From contig CM119371.1 of assembly GCA_051294905.1 (NCBI GenBank), positions 21,888,001 through 21,952,000 of the forward strand: DNA of 64,000 nucleotides, given 5' to 3'. Positions 23,006 to 36,225 of this stretch are shown one piece after another. The DNA is from Botryllus schlosseri (taxonomy: Eukaryota). Every line of letters begins with the position of its first letter. Within the stretch, counting starts at the first letter, position 1. Made by a program: the position numbers and the translations under genes. The notes below the pieces were generated by a model. That model made no database searches. It was given only the letters and a program-made list of their open reading frames with translations, and had not been told where the DNA came from.

Positions 23006-25681
23006 TCCCAATACAGACACACATGTTGGTGATAGCAAAACTAATTGACATATTGAATCTGTTTCTAAATTCAATATGCACCCTGCTACAACCATACATT
23101 CCATACTATGCAGAGAAAAATTTTGTGGCCATTGCTGATGAACCAAAACTTGTATCAATGCAGCAACAGATTCCAAATTCATCTAGGGCAGCAGCCAACC
23201 AGTGGCTCTTGAGCCGCCTGTGAAAATGTTTTGGGTGGCCAGAGTGGTAATTCTCGAATTTAGTCTATGCCAAATTAGTCCGGCAGTATTCAGATCTGCA
23301 ATATATAACCTATGCAAACACGGTAACAGTATTATCGACCAGATTCCTACATCAACCTCGAAAAACTTTTGCACATGGCGCGGCTAGAACATGGATGCCC
23401 ACCGAGAGTTTTCATGACATTAATGCGTATCGATAAGTCTAGTTTTCACCATTACCTAATTCGGTTCGCTCCTATCGTACGACCAAAACTAGTCATCAAC
23501 AATCAAGGGGCCCGTGCTATGGTGCGTAAAACTCATGTGGCCCTTTGGCCGAAAAGGTTGGCCCCAGATCTAAGACTTCCTATACCAAAGAATGAAAAGT
23601 TACAGTAGGTAGCAATATAGGAGGTCAATAGTCCTCACCTCATTCATTTACATCATAACACAGTAGTACCTGAAATTAATTTAATATATCAAGTAGCCGT
23701 TATTTAACTTCTTGAACCGCGTCAAAAATCTGAGTTTTAGTGCTATCTCGCCACCCAAGCCGAACACACCAAAAATAAATATATTTTTATTATTAGTATG
23801 TTACGATGTAAGGGGAATGTACGATATAGACAACACATAGACAACAGTTGTACACAATGCAGTTCTACTTTGCAATAGGCTGGAGGGGAAATGTGAATTT
23901 GAAAAAGTGTTGTTGATATAATGGTCCCAACTCCCAATCCCAAATATCAAATGAAATACTTCCATCACGATTTCTAGCCTATAATTGTATAAACAATATG
24001 AGTCTGACTTACCCAGATCAGAGGTTCGTCACTGAGCATTATATGGAACAGAAACACACTTCTACACATAGATAGATGAATACGGTATGCAAGTCTGCAA
24101 CAACCTAGGCCTGTGGTTTTTTTTAGCATGCCTCTTTTCATGATTTCAATGGTCTAGCGCCCCTCCACCGCAATGAGCTCTTACTCTCAAACGTGGAACA
24201 GGACCTAACGCAATTTTTAATGTATATTGCGCAAAATTTTCCCGATGATGATATGATCCCTAGAAAAGAAATATCTCTCGATAAAAAACTTGAAATCACA
24301 CCTTTCTTCATGTTTGTTTTAATCAAGCGTGTTGTCGATTAGCGTCTGCGCTGTACAACAGCAAGCGATCCCCTGCTTTGTTTGCCGCGGAATTAGGTCT
24401 GTGCTGCACGTTAAAACATCGGGGTCAACGGCAGGCCTGAACAATCACATATATACCACTCCATGTGCGCAAGATGTGATCCCTGGCCTAAACATCACAG
24501 TCTCATCTCTAACAGGCCTAGTGCGCACGAAATAATCGTTTGCCTGAGCAATCGCATCTGTAATAGGCCTCGTGCGCAAGATGTCGCTGGCCTGAACAAT
24601 CGCGTCGCCAGCCTCGCAGGCTTTGGCTACTATCTACTATTGTTTAGAGACAATGCCGTTAAGTGTATAATGGTTGGCAATGATTATGTCATGATTGTTC
24701 AACAATGACATCGCAAAACAGAATGTTATCGAATACTAAAATATTACAGTAATTTTCCAAGTATAGTACGTCCACATGTATAATACGCTTCCTTAAAATG
24801 GCATGAAAATTCTGGGAAAAAGCCTGTACCCATGTATAGTACGCACTGGGGATGGTGTGAACCTCTGAAAGGTTCAGGTTCGTGTGAAAGCGAACCTTTT
24901 GGAAAGGTTCTGTGTGAACCAGAACGTGAACCTCATGACGTCACGTGACGTCATATTGCTAATTCCAACCCTACATTTCAGTGAAGTGATAGCCTATATT
25001 AATGTACACCAGTGGTTCTTAACCTTTTTTCTTCCAGCGCCCCCCCCCCCCCCCCACTTCATATTGTAAGGAATGTAATAAAGACAATGAGTAAGAGGGA
25101 GGGCCGTATCCTGATTTTGATGGTCAGCAAAATTTGTGTGGCCTGGTCGCCCTAGGTACCAAAATTTTCCACAATGCATGAATGAATAGGTGGTAATTAC
25201 ATATATCAGTCGCTATAAACTTTTTATCCTCTCAGCCCACGTAATCAGATTTACCAGTAGCACTGAGTGAGCTGTTGTAGAGGAAAATAAAAGGCACGTA
25301 ATTGATAATTAAACATATTCGGGCGTGCCCGCAGGTACAATTATTCGTTACCAGGGCCGTAACAGCACTTCGTCAGCCTCCCCCAAACAAAAAACTTTGG
25401 TCCTGGGCCCCCATCGGGTGATAAACCAAACTTCCGGGGGGGGACTTCACTCCCAGACCCCAATTAGGCTGTCCGCTATTTGCTGATAGTCTATTAGGTA
25501 TCTACATTGGGTGTCAATTTACTGAGGCAGCTATTCTCGCCTATTCGCGCGAAGTGCGAAAAATTTCACTAATTGATGATTGAATTGGTCAATATCATCG
25601 GGAATTGCATGTAAATTGAGATCAATTTTTATCCTCTCTCTGCTCACGTAAACACATTTACCGGTTGAGCTGAGTGAGGTG

Positions 25682-25866
25682 CAATGTTCCCTCTAAGCTG
25701 CGCACGTGCGCAGTGCTGACACGGTCTCTGCACACAGAAAATCTACATTGCGCACAACAAATCCGAAGTTATTACCCTTTTTTAGTCGTCACGCACTGTT
25801 ATCCAAGGGTCACCGCAGTGAGTTGTTGAGTGTGCGCAGACTCATCAAAACTTAAAGCGAACATTG
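25682..25866. mobile_element. Short MITE (~185 bp)
   Basis: TIRs caatgttccctctaag / cttaaagcgaacattg; imperfect TGAGGT flanking repeat. Confidence 0.6.
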
Positions 25867-26287
25867 TGAGGTTTCTTGGAAACTGTAGGGCCCGTTACTA
25901 AACATATTCGGGCTGGCGAACCCGTTGGTATGACTTCGTTGCATAATGTTATTTCGTGATCCCCTGTCTGCAATATCAAAAATATAGAATCGCTCAACGG
26001 GTATATCGTCAAACAGGAATATCCCTGTCGCCCAATCGTACTAAACTAAAAGACGCACACGATTCGAGATTGGTATTTCTTCACTGACATATAATTTTTC
26101 CCTGCCAGATGGAATTCGTCTTCTGGGGTTCAGATTGCCAAGAAAGGGACATTCGGTGTCAGTCATTTAGGCGCCCATGGACAATTAAACCTATATGTAT
26201 TTTGAAGGCTATATGTAACGAAGTTTCCGGTGTTAATTTTCTCTGAATACTCATTAGGGATATGTCCCATCACCACATCATCTACTG

Positions 26288-27805
26288 CAGAGGTCTCAAA
26301 CTCAAATGGGCTCGCGGGCCAATTTCCTAGTTTTGATGACCCCGCGGGCCGCAGCACCAATAATAGGGATATTCAATGTATAATTTCCAAGTAGGCGGCT
26401 TTATTTGACGCGACCTCGCAGACAGACATTCCGAAAACATCGTGGAAATGTAATATAGGCTATTCACGCTTGGCACCTAAAAAAATCACATTTTCAAATA
26501 TTTCAATAAAATTGTATTTGTGCCGGGCACAATTTTTTTAATTAATGAGTTTTAGACATCATGCGAGAGGATGCATTATGACATTGTAAAACTTTCGGGT
26601 TCTAATATTACAGGTAGTGGACCTTTGACGTGCCACAATTTTATGAAGAATATTTAAATATCACTGACGATAGTGATCTGATATCAGAGCATTTGACCGG
26701 TGTAGCCTAATTCTGGTGTTGATATTGTCGTGTTAAGTATACGCAATTGTTACTGTCATTGCCAAAGTCAAATTAATTCAGCGTTCGATTTTGCCTTCGA
26801 ATATTAATTATTATTTAGCTATAGTAATAGCATTGCTTCTTAACCTTTTTAGCAATCGTACCCGTGTGTTTGCAATAAGATTTCCCATAGACCCTGTCCA
26901 TTTTCAACAGAATTTCCGACGGTACCTATATTAAAATCAGGATGCCCATTCACATAAAATCGCCCGTAGCGCGAAGGCTATTTCCTGCTGAATTAATTGG
27001 CCAAGAAAATATTCCGCAGCATATAGGCCTACTTCCACAATGCATCTCGTACACTCTGATGTGGTGCTTCGTACCCCGATGGGGTCTATGGAGGTACGGA
27101 CCCTGGTTAAGAACTTAGGAATTGAAATGTCCAATCGGAGAATTCATTGATGTTACAGCTGTAGTGCTTAGGCTACTACTGGCGTACTCGCCACCGATAA
27201 TAACATGGATAAAGAGAACAAACAACACCCAGCATGTAACCAAGTTAGCGGGTGTTACAGAATACCAATGGTTGCCATACTGACCTGATTAGATAGCTAT
27301 ATACCCGACGCAGCGCAAGCTACGACCTCTTGACATATTACTATCCCCCATGACAGTTTCATGGATTGTTGTGTCCGTTGGATTACCAAGTCACCGTTCC
27401 GATTGGCAAGTCCTTCTCTGATTTTACCGTTTGACCCGACTCAACTCGAGTCATTTTTATTTAATCACCCAGTCAATCCGAAATCGAGTAATTTTACGAG
27501 AAGGTTGCACCAAACCAAATCACAATTTTCAGTAACGAATCATCAAAGGGTCATGTTTTATCATCATGAACTAGAAATGTGACGTCATAGCTGATCTTGT
27601 ACCGCATGGTAACTTTTAAAAGTGATGTGATAGTGTCGTTTGTTGGGATTTCAGTGATTTTTATACTAGTTTTAGCATGAACTTGAAGTTCTTATATCTA
27701 AAAAACATATATGGCACTTGAATACTTGAAATTCTTGAAATACTTGCGCGGGCCGCACAAAATGGTCTCGCGGGCCGCATGCGGCCCGCGTGTTTGAGAC
27801 CTCTG
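26288..27805 (-). mobile_element. hAT/Charlie-like element (family E), both ends present
   Basis: TIRs CAGAGGTCTCAAAC / GTTTGAGACCTCTG; no TSD recognisable. Confidence 0.75.
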
Positions 27806-27941
27806 CGCAAAGCCATTTTTCTCCAGCGCCCCCCATACCGCCCCCCTGAGCCCAGCGCCCCCCATATCGCCCCCTTAGCGTTTCCGCCCCCCTTCAAGAT
27901 CGCCAGCGCCCCCTGGGGGGCGCTGGGGAAAGGTTAAGAAC

Positions 27942-28490
27942 CAGGGTTGTAATGACTCGAGTCACGATTTTCGGATGACTCGACTCGACTCATTTTCTCA
28001 AAATACGGAAATGACTCGACTCGACTCGAGTCAATCTGTGTATCACTCGACTTGGACTCGAGTCATTGCGAATGACTCGAAGCAAGTCATTGACTCGAGA
28101 TTCAGACGGCCAAGACCGACTTTCATTGTAATTTTGAAGCCAACACACTATTGGGATTTCGTCTGTTGGTACTGGTGCTTGAAAATGCGACCAGAACCTG
28201 CTAAAAGTGAGGAAAATTGATATATTATAAATGCGAACCATTCAATATCACCAAACAGAGTTAAAAAAGTGGGTTTAGGAAGACTTTAACTGGAAACTGA
28301 GCAGTCAACACAATGACTTGGACTCGGACTCGAGTCATAATACCATGACTCGGACTCGATCCTCTGTTCGCTGACTTGGACTCGGACTTGACTCGGTGGG
28401 AATTGAAAATAACTCGACTTGACTCGAGTCAAAAATATAAAAGTGAGATTGACTTGTGACTCGGAGCCTTGTGACTTGGTTACAACCCTG
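27942..28490. mobile_element. hAT-type MITE (549 bp) with GACTCGAGTC subterminal arrays
   Basis: TIRs CAGGGTTGTAA / TTACAACCCTG; perfect 8-bp TSD TTAAGAAC (27934-27941 / 28491-28498), located inside the host's right TIR. Confidence 0.92.
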
Positions 28491-30164
28491 TTAAGAACCA
28501 TTGATGTACACTATATCTAGCGACGACTCGGGCTACATAATGCCACAATGCTGAAGTACATATTGACGTTTTAAACGTCACCAGATGTATCAACTGGGCA
28601 ATTAATTTATATCATCATCCCAGAAAATCAATATCTTTCATCGCTTTGCCAACAATTTCGACAAGGACTTGCAAGGGAACATATGCTTACGCTTAAGGCC
28701 TGACCGTACAATGTATTTGGCGTTTGAGTATTGCTACGGTGATGGTGAAGCAGAGGGTTTCTATACTTGCTACCGGTATTACCCCATTAACAAGTTATAG
28801 AGCAGTAGCCAACACCCCAATCGCACGGATTTGGATTTTATGATACAACAAACACATGAAATTAAGATTGACCCCATACGCCTGCTTGATTATTTACATC
28901 AGACAAAGACATCAATTTCGTCAATTGGTTGAATAAGCATCATTCGCTGACTATCGATACACGTAGTGTATTTCGCCTTTGATTTTGTGAGATTGTGGGT
29001 CAAGCTCACAGCAGAGAGTCACAAACGGAAAGCTGGATATTTCGAGCAAACGTTTGTAACAAAGCAAGTAAAATTTCTGAGATGGTCAAGGTACATGCTT
29101 GTTTAGTGTTGATTTTTTATGCTGACAACGCCATGCATAGAATTGCCCGCAGTTGAAATGCAATAAATTTCAACCAAAGATGTTATGATGAAGTGAAAAT
29201 CGTAATATATGAAAAAGGTTCACAGTGCAGAACCTACCGAGGTTCGTTTGTGAACGCGAACCTCTAAATATCGGAGGTTCACACACAGAACGCGAACGTG
29301 AACCTCACGTTCACACCATCCCTAGTACGCACCCTGCATTCGCAGTACATGAATAGCTGTGTTTTAGTACACGATGGTGTTCTGTTTTGCGATGTCACTG
29401 TCAAACAATCATGACATAACCATCGCTAATCATTATGCAATTAACGGCATTGTCTCTAAACGATAGTAGAGAGCAGCCAAAGCCTGCGAGGCTGGCGATG
29501 CGATAGTTCGGGCCAGCGACATGACGTCTTGGGCACGAGGCCTATTACAGATGCGATTGCTAATCATTATACAAGTAACGGTATTGCCTCTATAGGATAG
29601 TAGATAGCAGCCAAAGCCTGCGAGGCCGGCGACGCGACATCTCGCGCACGAGGGCAGATGCGATTGCTCAGGCCAACGGTTATGTTGTGCACACCACGCC
29701 TGTTGGAGGTGCGACTGATTACGCAAGCGATTATATTCTGCGCACATGGCCTGTCGATGAATTAGCAAGGATTGCTGTGCGCGCGTTCAGCAATCAATGA
29801 ATGAATGACCTAATTTCGCTCGCGTGTAAACAGCAAACCAGCTCAGCAGGATATTGCGTGCTGTACAGATGATACTCTCGTTAATTGACAAAACGCTTTT
29901 TGCTACATGGTAGCGCGTTACACTGATAATACGAATTACTGGGCACGATGGCTGAAAGTGAGGCGCGATTGGAAACAAACATGAAAAAGGGTGTGATTTC
30001 AAGTTTTTTATCGAGGGAGATTTTTTTCAAGCGTGTTGTTCCCATGTATAATACGCACCCCCCAATTTTAGGGCAAAAAATCATGAAAATTTTGAGGATT
30101 ATACATGGAAAATTACGGTACTTTTCATGTACTGGGAATACAGGGTGCGCACTATACATGGGTA

Positions 30165-31341
30165 CAGGGATGTCTTTTCCACATGTTTTGATCTTGAAAA
30201 GGGCCTATGGTGGGGTTTGGATGAAGACATTGCCAGTAAACGAAAAAAAAACATTTGTCACGGATTATATGGAAATTGGTCCACTTCATTGAAATAGACA
30301 TGTTAAAACGATGGCGAGATAATTATCAAATACAGTACTTTACACACTGAAATTAACGACCACTAACAGGACAAAAACTGATAATAAGCACATAAAATAC
30401 AGGTAAATATATTCCTGAAGTGATAGTCGTTATCTATATTCTTTGTTGGTCCGATGTAGATTTCTTCACGATACAATGTGATATTATATGATATTTTATT
30501 ATTTGCTCTGCAGCACTCCTAAAGTACTATCACAGGCGAATTATAAGACTAATGGGCATCGTGACAGATCCTATTCATATCAAATGTTATCGTCCTCTTT
30601 TAATGTCATCCTCCATATTCGGTTACTGCCACCCAATTGTATCCATGTATCGTGGTGAAAGACCAATGCTTTTTATTACTATATGACAAGGAGGTCCAGA
30701 TGATATCAAGAGACCCGAAAATGACAAATATGCTCTGTAAGCTCATTGAGTTACCATTTGGTTTCCCTGTATCTTGCAAAGTTTCGAGCAAATAAAAAGC
30801 TTTAGTATCAACGCTTATGTAAAGTTTCAGAAATATGGTTTTCAGCTCATAAATACCATTCTGAATTGCAATCAGCAGCATTTCCACGCCCTGGATCAGT
30901 CAATGTGAAGTAGCGGAGAAATATTCGAACACTGAGCTGCTGGGGAATGCAACTGATGTCTCAGTGGATGTGATTTTGGGAATGACGACTTTGCAATCAG
31001 TAAAAACTTTGAATCAAGGCATAAATGGGATAGATTTCGTGAAATCTAACCTGGTCGGACAATAAAAATCCTAAATATGACTATCACTTGAGGAATATAT
31101 TTACCTGTATTTTAACTGCTTACCAATTCATTTCTTTTTCGTGGTCGCTAATTTCAGTGTGTAAAGTACTCTATTTGAATATTATCTCACCGTCGTTTTA
31201 ACATGTCTATTTCAACATAGTGGACCAATTTCCAGATAATCTGTGTCATATCCTCTTTTTTTTCGTTTACTGACGATGTCTTCATTCAAACACCACCCTA
31301 AGCCCTTGCCAAGATCAAAACAAGTGGAAAAAACATCCCTG
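30165..31341. repeat. Long imperfect inverted repeat (~310-bp arms), foldback-type element
   Basis: 30165-~30475 is the reverse complement of ~31030-31341 (cagggatgtcttttccac ... gtggaaaaaacatccctg). A related arm occurs at 51720-51940. Confidence 0.8.
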
Positions 31342-32059
31342 CAACTCCAGGCATACCTGGAACACGATTTTTGGTCATGTCAGTGTGACGAAATTGGTCA
31401 CAGTAAATACTATTATTTCAAAAATGACCAAAATCTCAATTTGAGTGACCTCGGATTCTACCGGTTGGAATGGAGTCAAATTTAGTAACCTGACGATTTG
31501 ACAACCAAGCCGATGAAATATGAAAAAAAAAGTTTTATTGAACACGACTAACGTTCGAAAAGATAAATTATGATCTGACAGGGCACTGCAACTACCCCAA
31601 ACTGCCCTTGAAGCCAAGCCACTGAGATAGTTGCAAATACAGTGCCTTGTGAACAAAAGATGAGCATGATGAAGAAAATTTGCCCTGGTATAAAATCACC
31701 TCACCGCTCGCTACACTATAGCTATTATGATGTATTTATTGTCACCATCGATATCAAGTAAGCTCTTATTCAATACCATTATTCAAATACATTACAAAAT
31801 AGCTTATGATATCACTTTTCATTACTGGGAAAAACGTTTAATGGTACGAATAGAGTCTGCATCCAACCAGAGACAGTTTTTTGTTCCACGCTGACATTGC
31901 TGAAACAGTAAATTGTTTGCTCATGACATGCACACTTGTACTTACTGGACATTGTGCAACGCGGTTCTAGAGCAGATTGTCTGTAAGTACTGAAAGCTTG
32001 TTGGATGTTGCGAGTAGGCTACACAGTTTCAACCAAGATGACTCTGCAGCCTACAGTTG

Positions 32060-33230
32060 CCAGAAAAGTAAAATGCTCTACATATGTCTCTATCATATGT
32101 ATATTAGGCCTACTAAACAGCAATGTTGCAAAATCACTTCAGAGAAAACGAATTACTGCTGCCAAAAGCCTAGTCAATTCGCAATGGTGCCAAAATTACC
32201 AGCATACCATAAAACAATTCAAAGAGGCAAACTTTTTTGACGATGAACATTAACAAGACAGAGTGGCATTGCAACCTAACTCATGTCCGTGTGTAGTCTT
32301 TAGGCTACTAAGGGTTCGTACGTCCAACATGAATTCAGAGTTGACAACTTTGACTGACCAATGACCATAGATATCTCATTGACTTCAACAGCTATTGAAG
32401 TACATTACGTTAAAAAATTCATTGACTACTGTTATTGGTCTCGATGCTTTATGCCGAGTACTTCATGTCCTCCTATCCAGCCCGCTGACTAGAGAAGTCG
32501 CTCGCCCCTAGCCTAGGGCGTGATGGCTTATTGGCTACAGTTCGAAATTAATTATGACAGAAATATCCAACCAGCAACAAAATGTTTAAGTAATGGAAAG
32601 AATCTGACATAATCATGCAACTGACAATGAAAATGCCAAGTCATTTGCTAAGCCACGGTTTAGCCCTCTATTTCGATAAATTAGGAAATCTGAAGATTCC
32701 AATAGAAAACTTTGGCACACGGATCACCTACTGCCTAATCCTTTACTTAAAATTAAACGTCAGTGGATTTCCAAGGTCTGTAGCATATTTTCCATTTATT
32801 TATCAATCACACGAATCACCAATACAAACCATCCTTATATAAATTACTGACTTTTCTAAATGAGCAAATATAAGTAGAACTAACGACCTTTAGATATCCA
32901 CAGCTAACCAACCAAAACACAAGTAACAAGATTCCATTTCGAAGCGACTAGCCTACCGTACTTGTTTTTAATTTTATCAGAATTGGATCAGCTTTCCATA
33001 TGAACCTCCGTACAAGTACATAGCCTAATGCGCATTTTAGGAACTTAAGCGCACTAATTCGAACAGATTTACGACTATTGCTATACTTAGACAATTTGGA
33101 CAGGAAATAAAGTAGAAAAACTGCTTCGTATACACTTGTATATGTATGAAATATATCAATATCTCTAGTCTAGCAGTAGTTGATTATAGTTCTGACTCCA
33201 CTAGTAGGCTACTATATACTGTGCCCTGAA
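32060..33230. repeat. Paralogous ZNF upstream/intronic module
   Basis: 32060-32580 matches 38148-38400, and 32750-33230 matches 46280-46810. Confidence 0.7.
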
Positions 33231-33394
33231 TGATTCAAGGCTAGCTATTCAACTGAACCAAGCACTAAAAAACGATTTGTTTCACTGAAAGGTAGAATTA
33301 TATTCTTTATATCACACCCTCAGTGCTTTTTTTGTTCTGCGACCTCATTTACCCATACGGCAGAAAGTGATCATGATTGAGTTGGAAGATATTA

Positions 33395-34202
33395 CCGTAA
33401 TTTTCCGAATATAGTGCGCCCCAGTGTATAATACGCACCCTTAAAATGACGTGCACATTCTGGGAAAAAGCCCGTTCCCGTGTATAGTACGCACCATGCA
33501 TTCGCAGTACATTAGTACATGAACAGTTGCGGTTTAGTATTCGATGTTGTTCTGTTTTGCGATGTCACTGTCGAACAATCATGACATGATGATCGCTAAT
33601 CATAATACAATAAGTGCATTGTCTCTAAACAAGAGTAGATAGTACCCAAAGCCTGTGAGATCGGCGTCGCGATAGCTCACGCTAGCGACACACGACATCT
33701 TGTGCATGTGGCCTATTACAATTACATATGCTATTGCTCAGGCCAACGGTTATGTCGGGCGCACCAGTCCTTTTGGAGATGCGACTGATTACGCAAGCGA
33801 TTATATCTTGCGCGCCTGGCCTCTTGTGTATGCGATTGTGAAGGCCTGTCATTAACGCGATGAATCAACAAGGATTGCCGCGCACGCTTGTAGCAGTCAG
33901 CGACCTAATTTCGCTCGCGTACAAACGACAAACCAACTCAGCAAGAGATCGCGTGCTTTGCAGACGACTCTCGTTAATTATAAAGGCGCTATTCGTTAAT
34001 TGGCAACACACTTCTCTATTAAGCAGTGCGTTACACTCTATAATACGAATTACGGGCCCAATGGCTAGAGGTGATGCGCGATTTAAACAAACATGAAGAA
34101 ATGTGTGATTTCAGGTTTTTGATCGAGGGATTTTTTTTCAAGGCTTGCTGTACCCATTTATAAGTAAGTAAAATTTTGCGCATTATACATGGAAAAATAC
34201 GG
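33395..34202 (+). mobile_element. Complete Tc1/pogo-type MITE (family P, 808 bp)
   Basis: TIRs CCGTAATTTTCC / GGAAAAATACGG; TA TSD. Empty-site paralogues lie at ~2890 and ~18450. Confidence 0.9.
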
Positions 34203-35729
34203 TAACGAATGCCGATGATTTTGGCAGAAACTTATCATGATAGAGCTGGAAGATGTTAACGTTATATCGTGTTTTAACCTTAGAAAGTCGCACTTCACTC
34301 TCTCTCGCAATATCTCTCTTTGGACCGAAACACACATGTTACAAAAATCTGTGCATATTCATGATCCCTGATCAGGCTATATTTTCGGAACCTCTGTTAT
34401 TGGCTATTGGCCTATTAAATGAAGCAGAGTTGCCATCATTGAGTTGCACACTGTGAACAAATTTCTATTGATCGTGAGGGGTTTCTTATGGAAACCGTAA
34501 ATCTTGTCTGGAAAGCTCCAAGTTGAAATTCATTTATATTAATACAACTGCTTTACCGACAGGATATGTCCTAGTATCCATCCACCAAATGTGCATATGC
34601 ATAAGGATAACTTGTCATTGTTATCGCGTCTTTCACAAATCAAACGTGGGTCCTCTTTACTTCAGGTCGTCTTTGTAAGGATGCTGCATACTGCTGCGAA
34701 TAGGAGATATTACCAGCGAAAAGCTGGAAGAATACAATATCAGACTATGAGAAGTTTCCAATTGTAGCGCTATGATTAACGACTAATCTGAACGAGACGG
34801 GATGTCATGAAGGAGTGAAAATCTCATCAAGCTCTATGAAATGGATGGCAGAAACGAACACATATTTACAAGATACCCACAAACAACACTACAACTTTAA
34901 ACGAAATTGAAACTGATATGCACAGACTGCTAATTACCAGAGAATGTGGCAATGGATGATGTATTCGCAGTTTAAAAGGTTAGTATAATAAATTATTACA
35001 TTGGATCATCACACTGTAATACAAAAATTCAAACATCCACACCACACGAAACTGCTTCCGAATAACAAACACCGCGCAATTCACCATTCCGTAAGTGTTC
35101 TATTGAAGCTGATTGGTGCAATGCAAACCAAATTCTTCAGTTAGTAAGCATTCATTTCAATTTAAATGTGAAAACAACAGGAGAGATACTCTCATTCACA
35201 TAATGAAGCAAGTGAGTAAAAGATGAGCGAGAAAAGAATGAATTGGGAAACCTGTGACAGCAATAAATAGAGACGTGGGAGAGATTAAGTGACACGATGA
35301 CAAAGGCATGCGACCATTTCTTCAATACGAGCCCGTTAATGACGCACCCCAAAAAGTTGCTACACAGACATATATGCAAAATACCTAGTAGAGATTCTAT
35401 TGCAATAATAAATCAGATTAATGTGCTGGCAGAGTAAATAAACGGCTCCTTGGAAACGGCATGTTATCCTTTAGGGCATTTCCGTCCATATTATTGTATT
35501 GGGTTGAAAATTATCATAATGATCATCATCTATTCGTTTGCTCATTTTAAAGTTGTCCTAAATTTGTGGATCAACAGTAACATTCCGCACCTGAATGACG
35601 AAACGGTTCATTAGCTTGAAAACATTAACGTTTCCAACCATTTAGTATGAATGTATGAAACAGTTCTATGGCTGACAATTTATTCAATATAAAATGTTAT
35701 CGATCCTTTATGATTCAAAGACTCCAGCA

Positions 35730-36225
35730 CATGGGATGCGTCAGGTGGTTAAGAAAACTAGCTGTTCACTGTGATGACTTTCCAGAGACATCACAGACAC
35801 ACAGTACTTGTTACCTCTGGCATGAACATACTTGCATGTTTTTAAATTAACACTGTTGCATTGTAAATACATGCTTTTCCACGGATCTAGGACTCATAGG
35901 TTCCGACTCCGCTATGTGTATTTTTTTGTCTTTTCAAGTGACTGAGCCAGGTAAACGCTATTCTACAGGCCTAACACTCAGTTTTTCACTCTATCATATG
36001 TGTATTTTCATGTGTTTTCAACTGAACAAGCCGGCAAAACGATTTTCCACAGATCTGACATACATATTCTTTGACTCCAGTATGTATATTTGCATGTTTT
36101 TTCAAGCTACCGAGCAGGGTAAATGCTTTTCCTCAGATCTGACACTAATAGTTTTTATGTCCAGTATGTGTATTCCCATGTGCTTTCAAGTCAGCAAGTT
36201 GGCTAAACGCTTTTCCGCAGATTTC
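35730..36225 (-). pseudogene. Decayed zinc-finger tail of ZNF-E (fingers ~21-26)
   Basis: Largely in-frame continuation with accumulating stops: *EICGKAFSQLADLKAH, CQI*GK, CQICGKSFCRLVQLKTH, C*ACR, S*IRG. Confidence 0.85.

Larger units (their letters stand above)
25010..28503. mobile_element. hAT-type non-autonomous element
   Basis: TIRs CA(G/A)TGGTTCTTAAC; perfect 8-bp TSD ATGTACAC (25002-25009 / 28504-28511); CGCCCCC subterminal repeats. Confidence 0.9.
24847..29324. mobile_element. hAT (Ac-like terminus) non-autonomous element
   Basis: TIRs T(G/A)GGGATGGTGTGAAC; perfect 8-bp TSD GTACGCAC (24839-24846 / 29325-29332); GTGAACC subterminal repeats. Confidence 0.9.
24747..30118 (+). mobile_element. 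Tc1/pogo-type MITE (family P) carrying nested inserts
   Basis: TIRs CAGTAATTTTCC / GGAAAATTACGG, flanked by TA (24745-24746, 30119-30120). Confidence 0.85.
24262..30168 (-). mobile_element. Older, inverted family P MITE acting as host (outermost layer of the nest)
   Basis: 24262-24744 and 30121-30168 join into one reverse-complemented family P sequence once the insert is removed. Confidence 0.8.

Noticed and set aside
19092..23570. One large Charlie-like element spanning 19092-23570
   Set aside because: The right end is degenerate, there is no TSD, and a ZNF relic lies inside, so these are more likely separate fragments.
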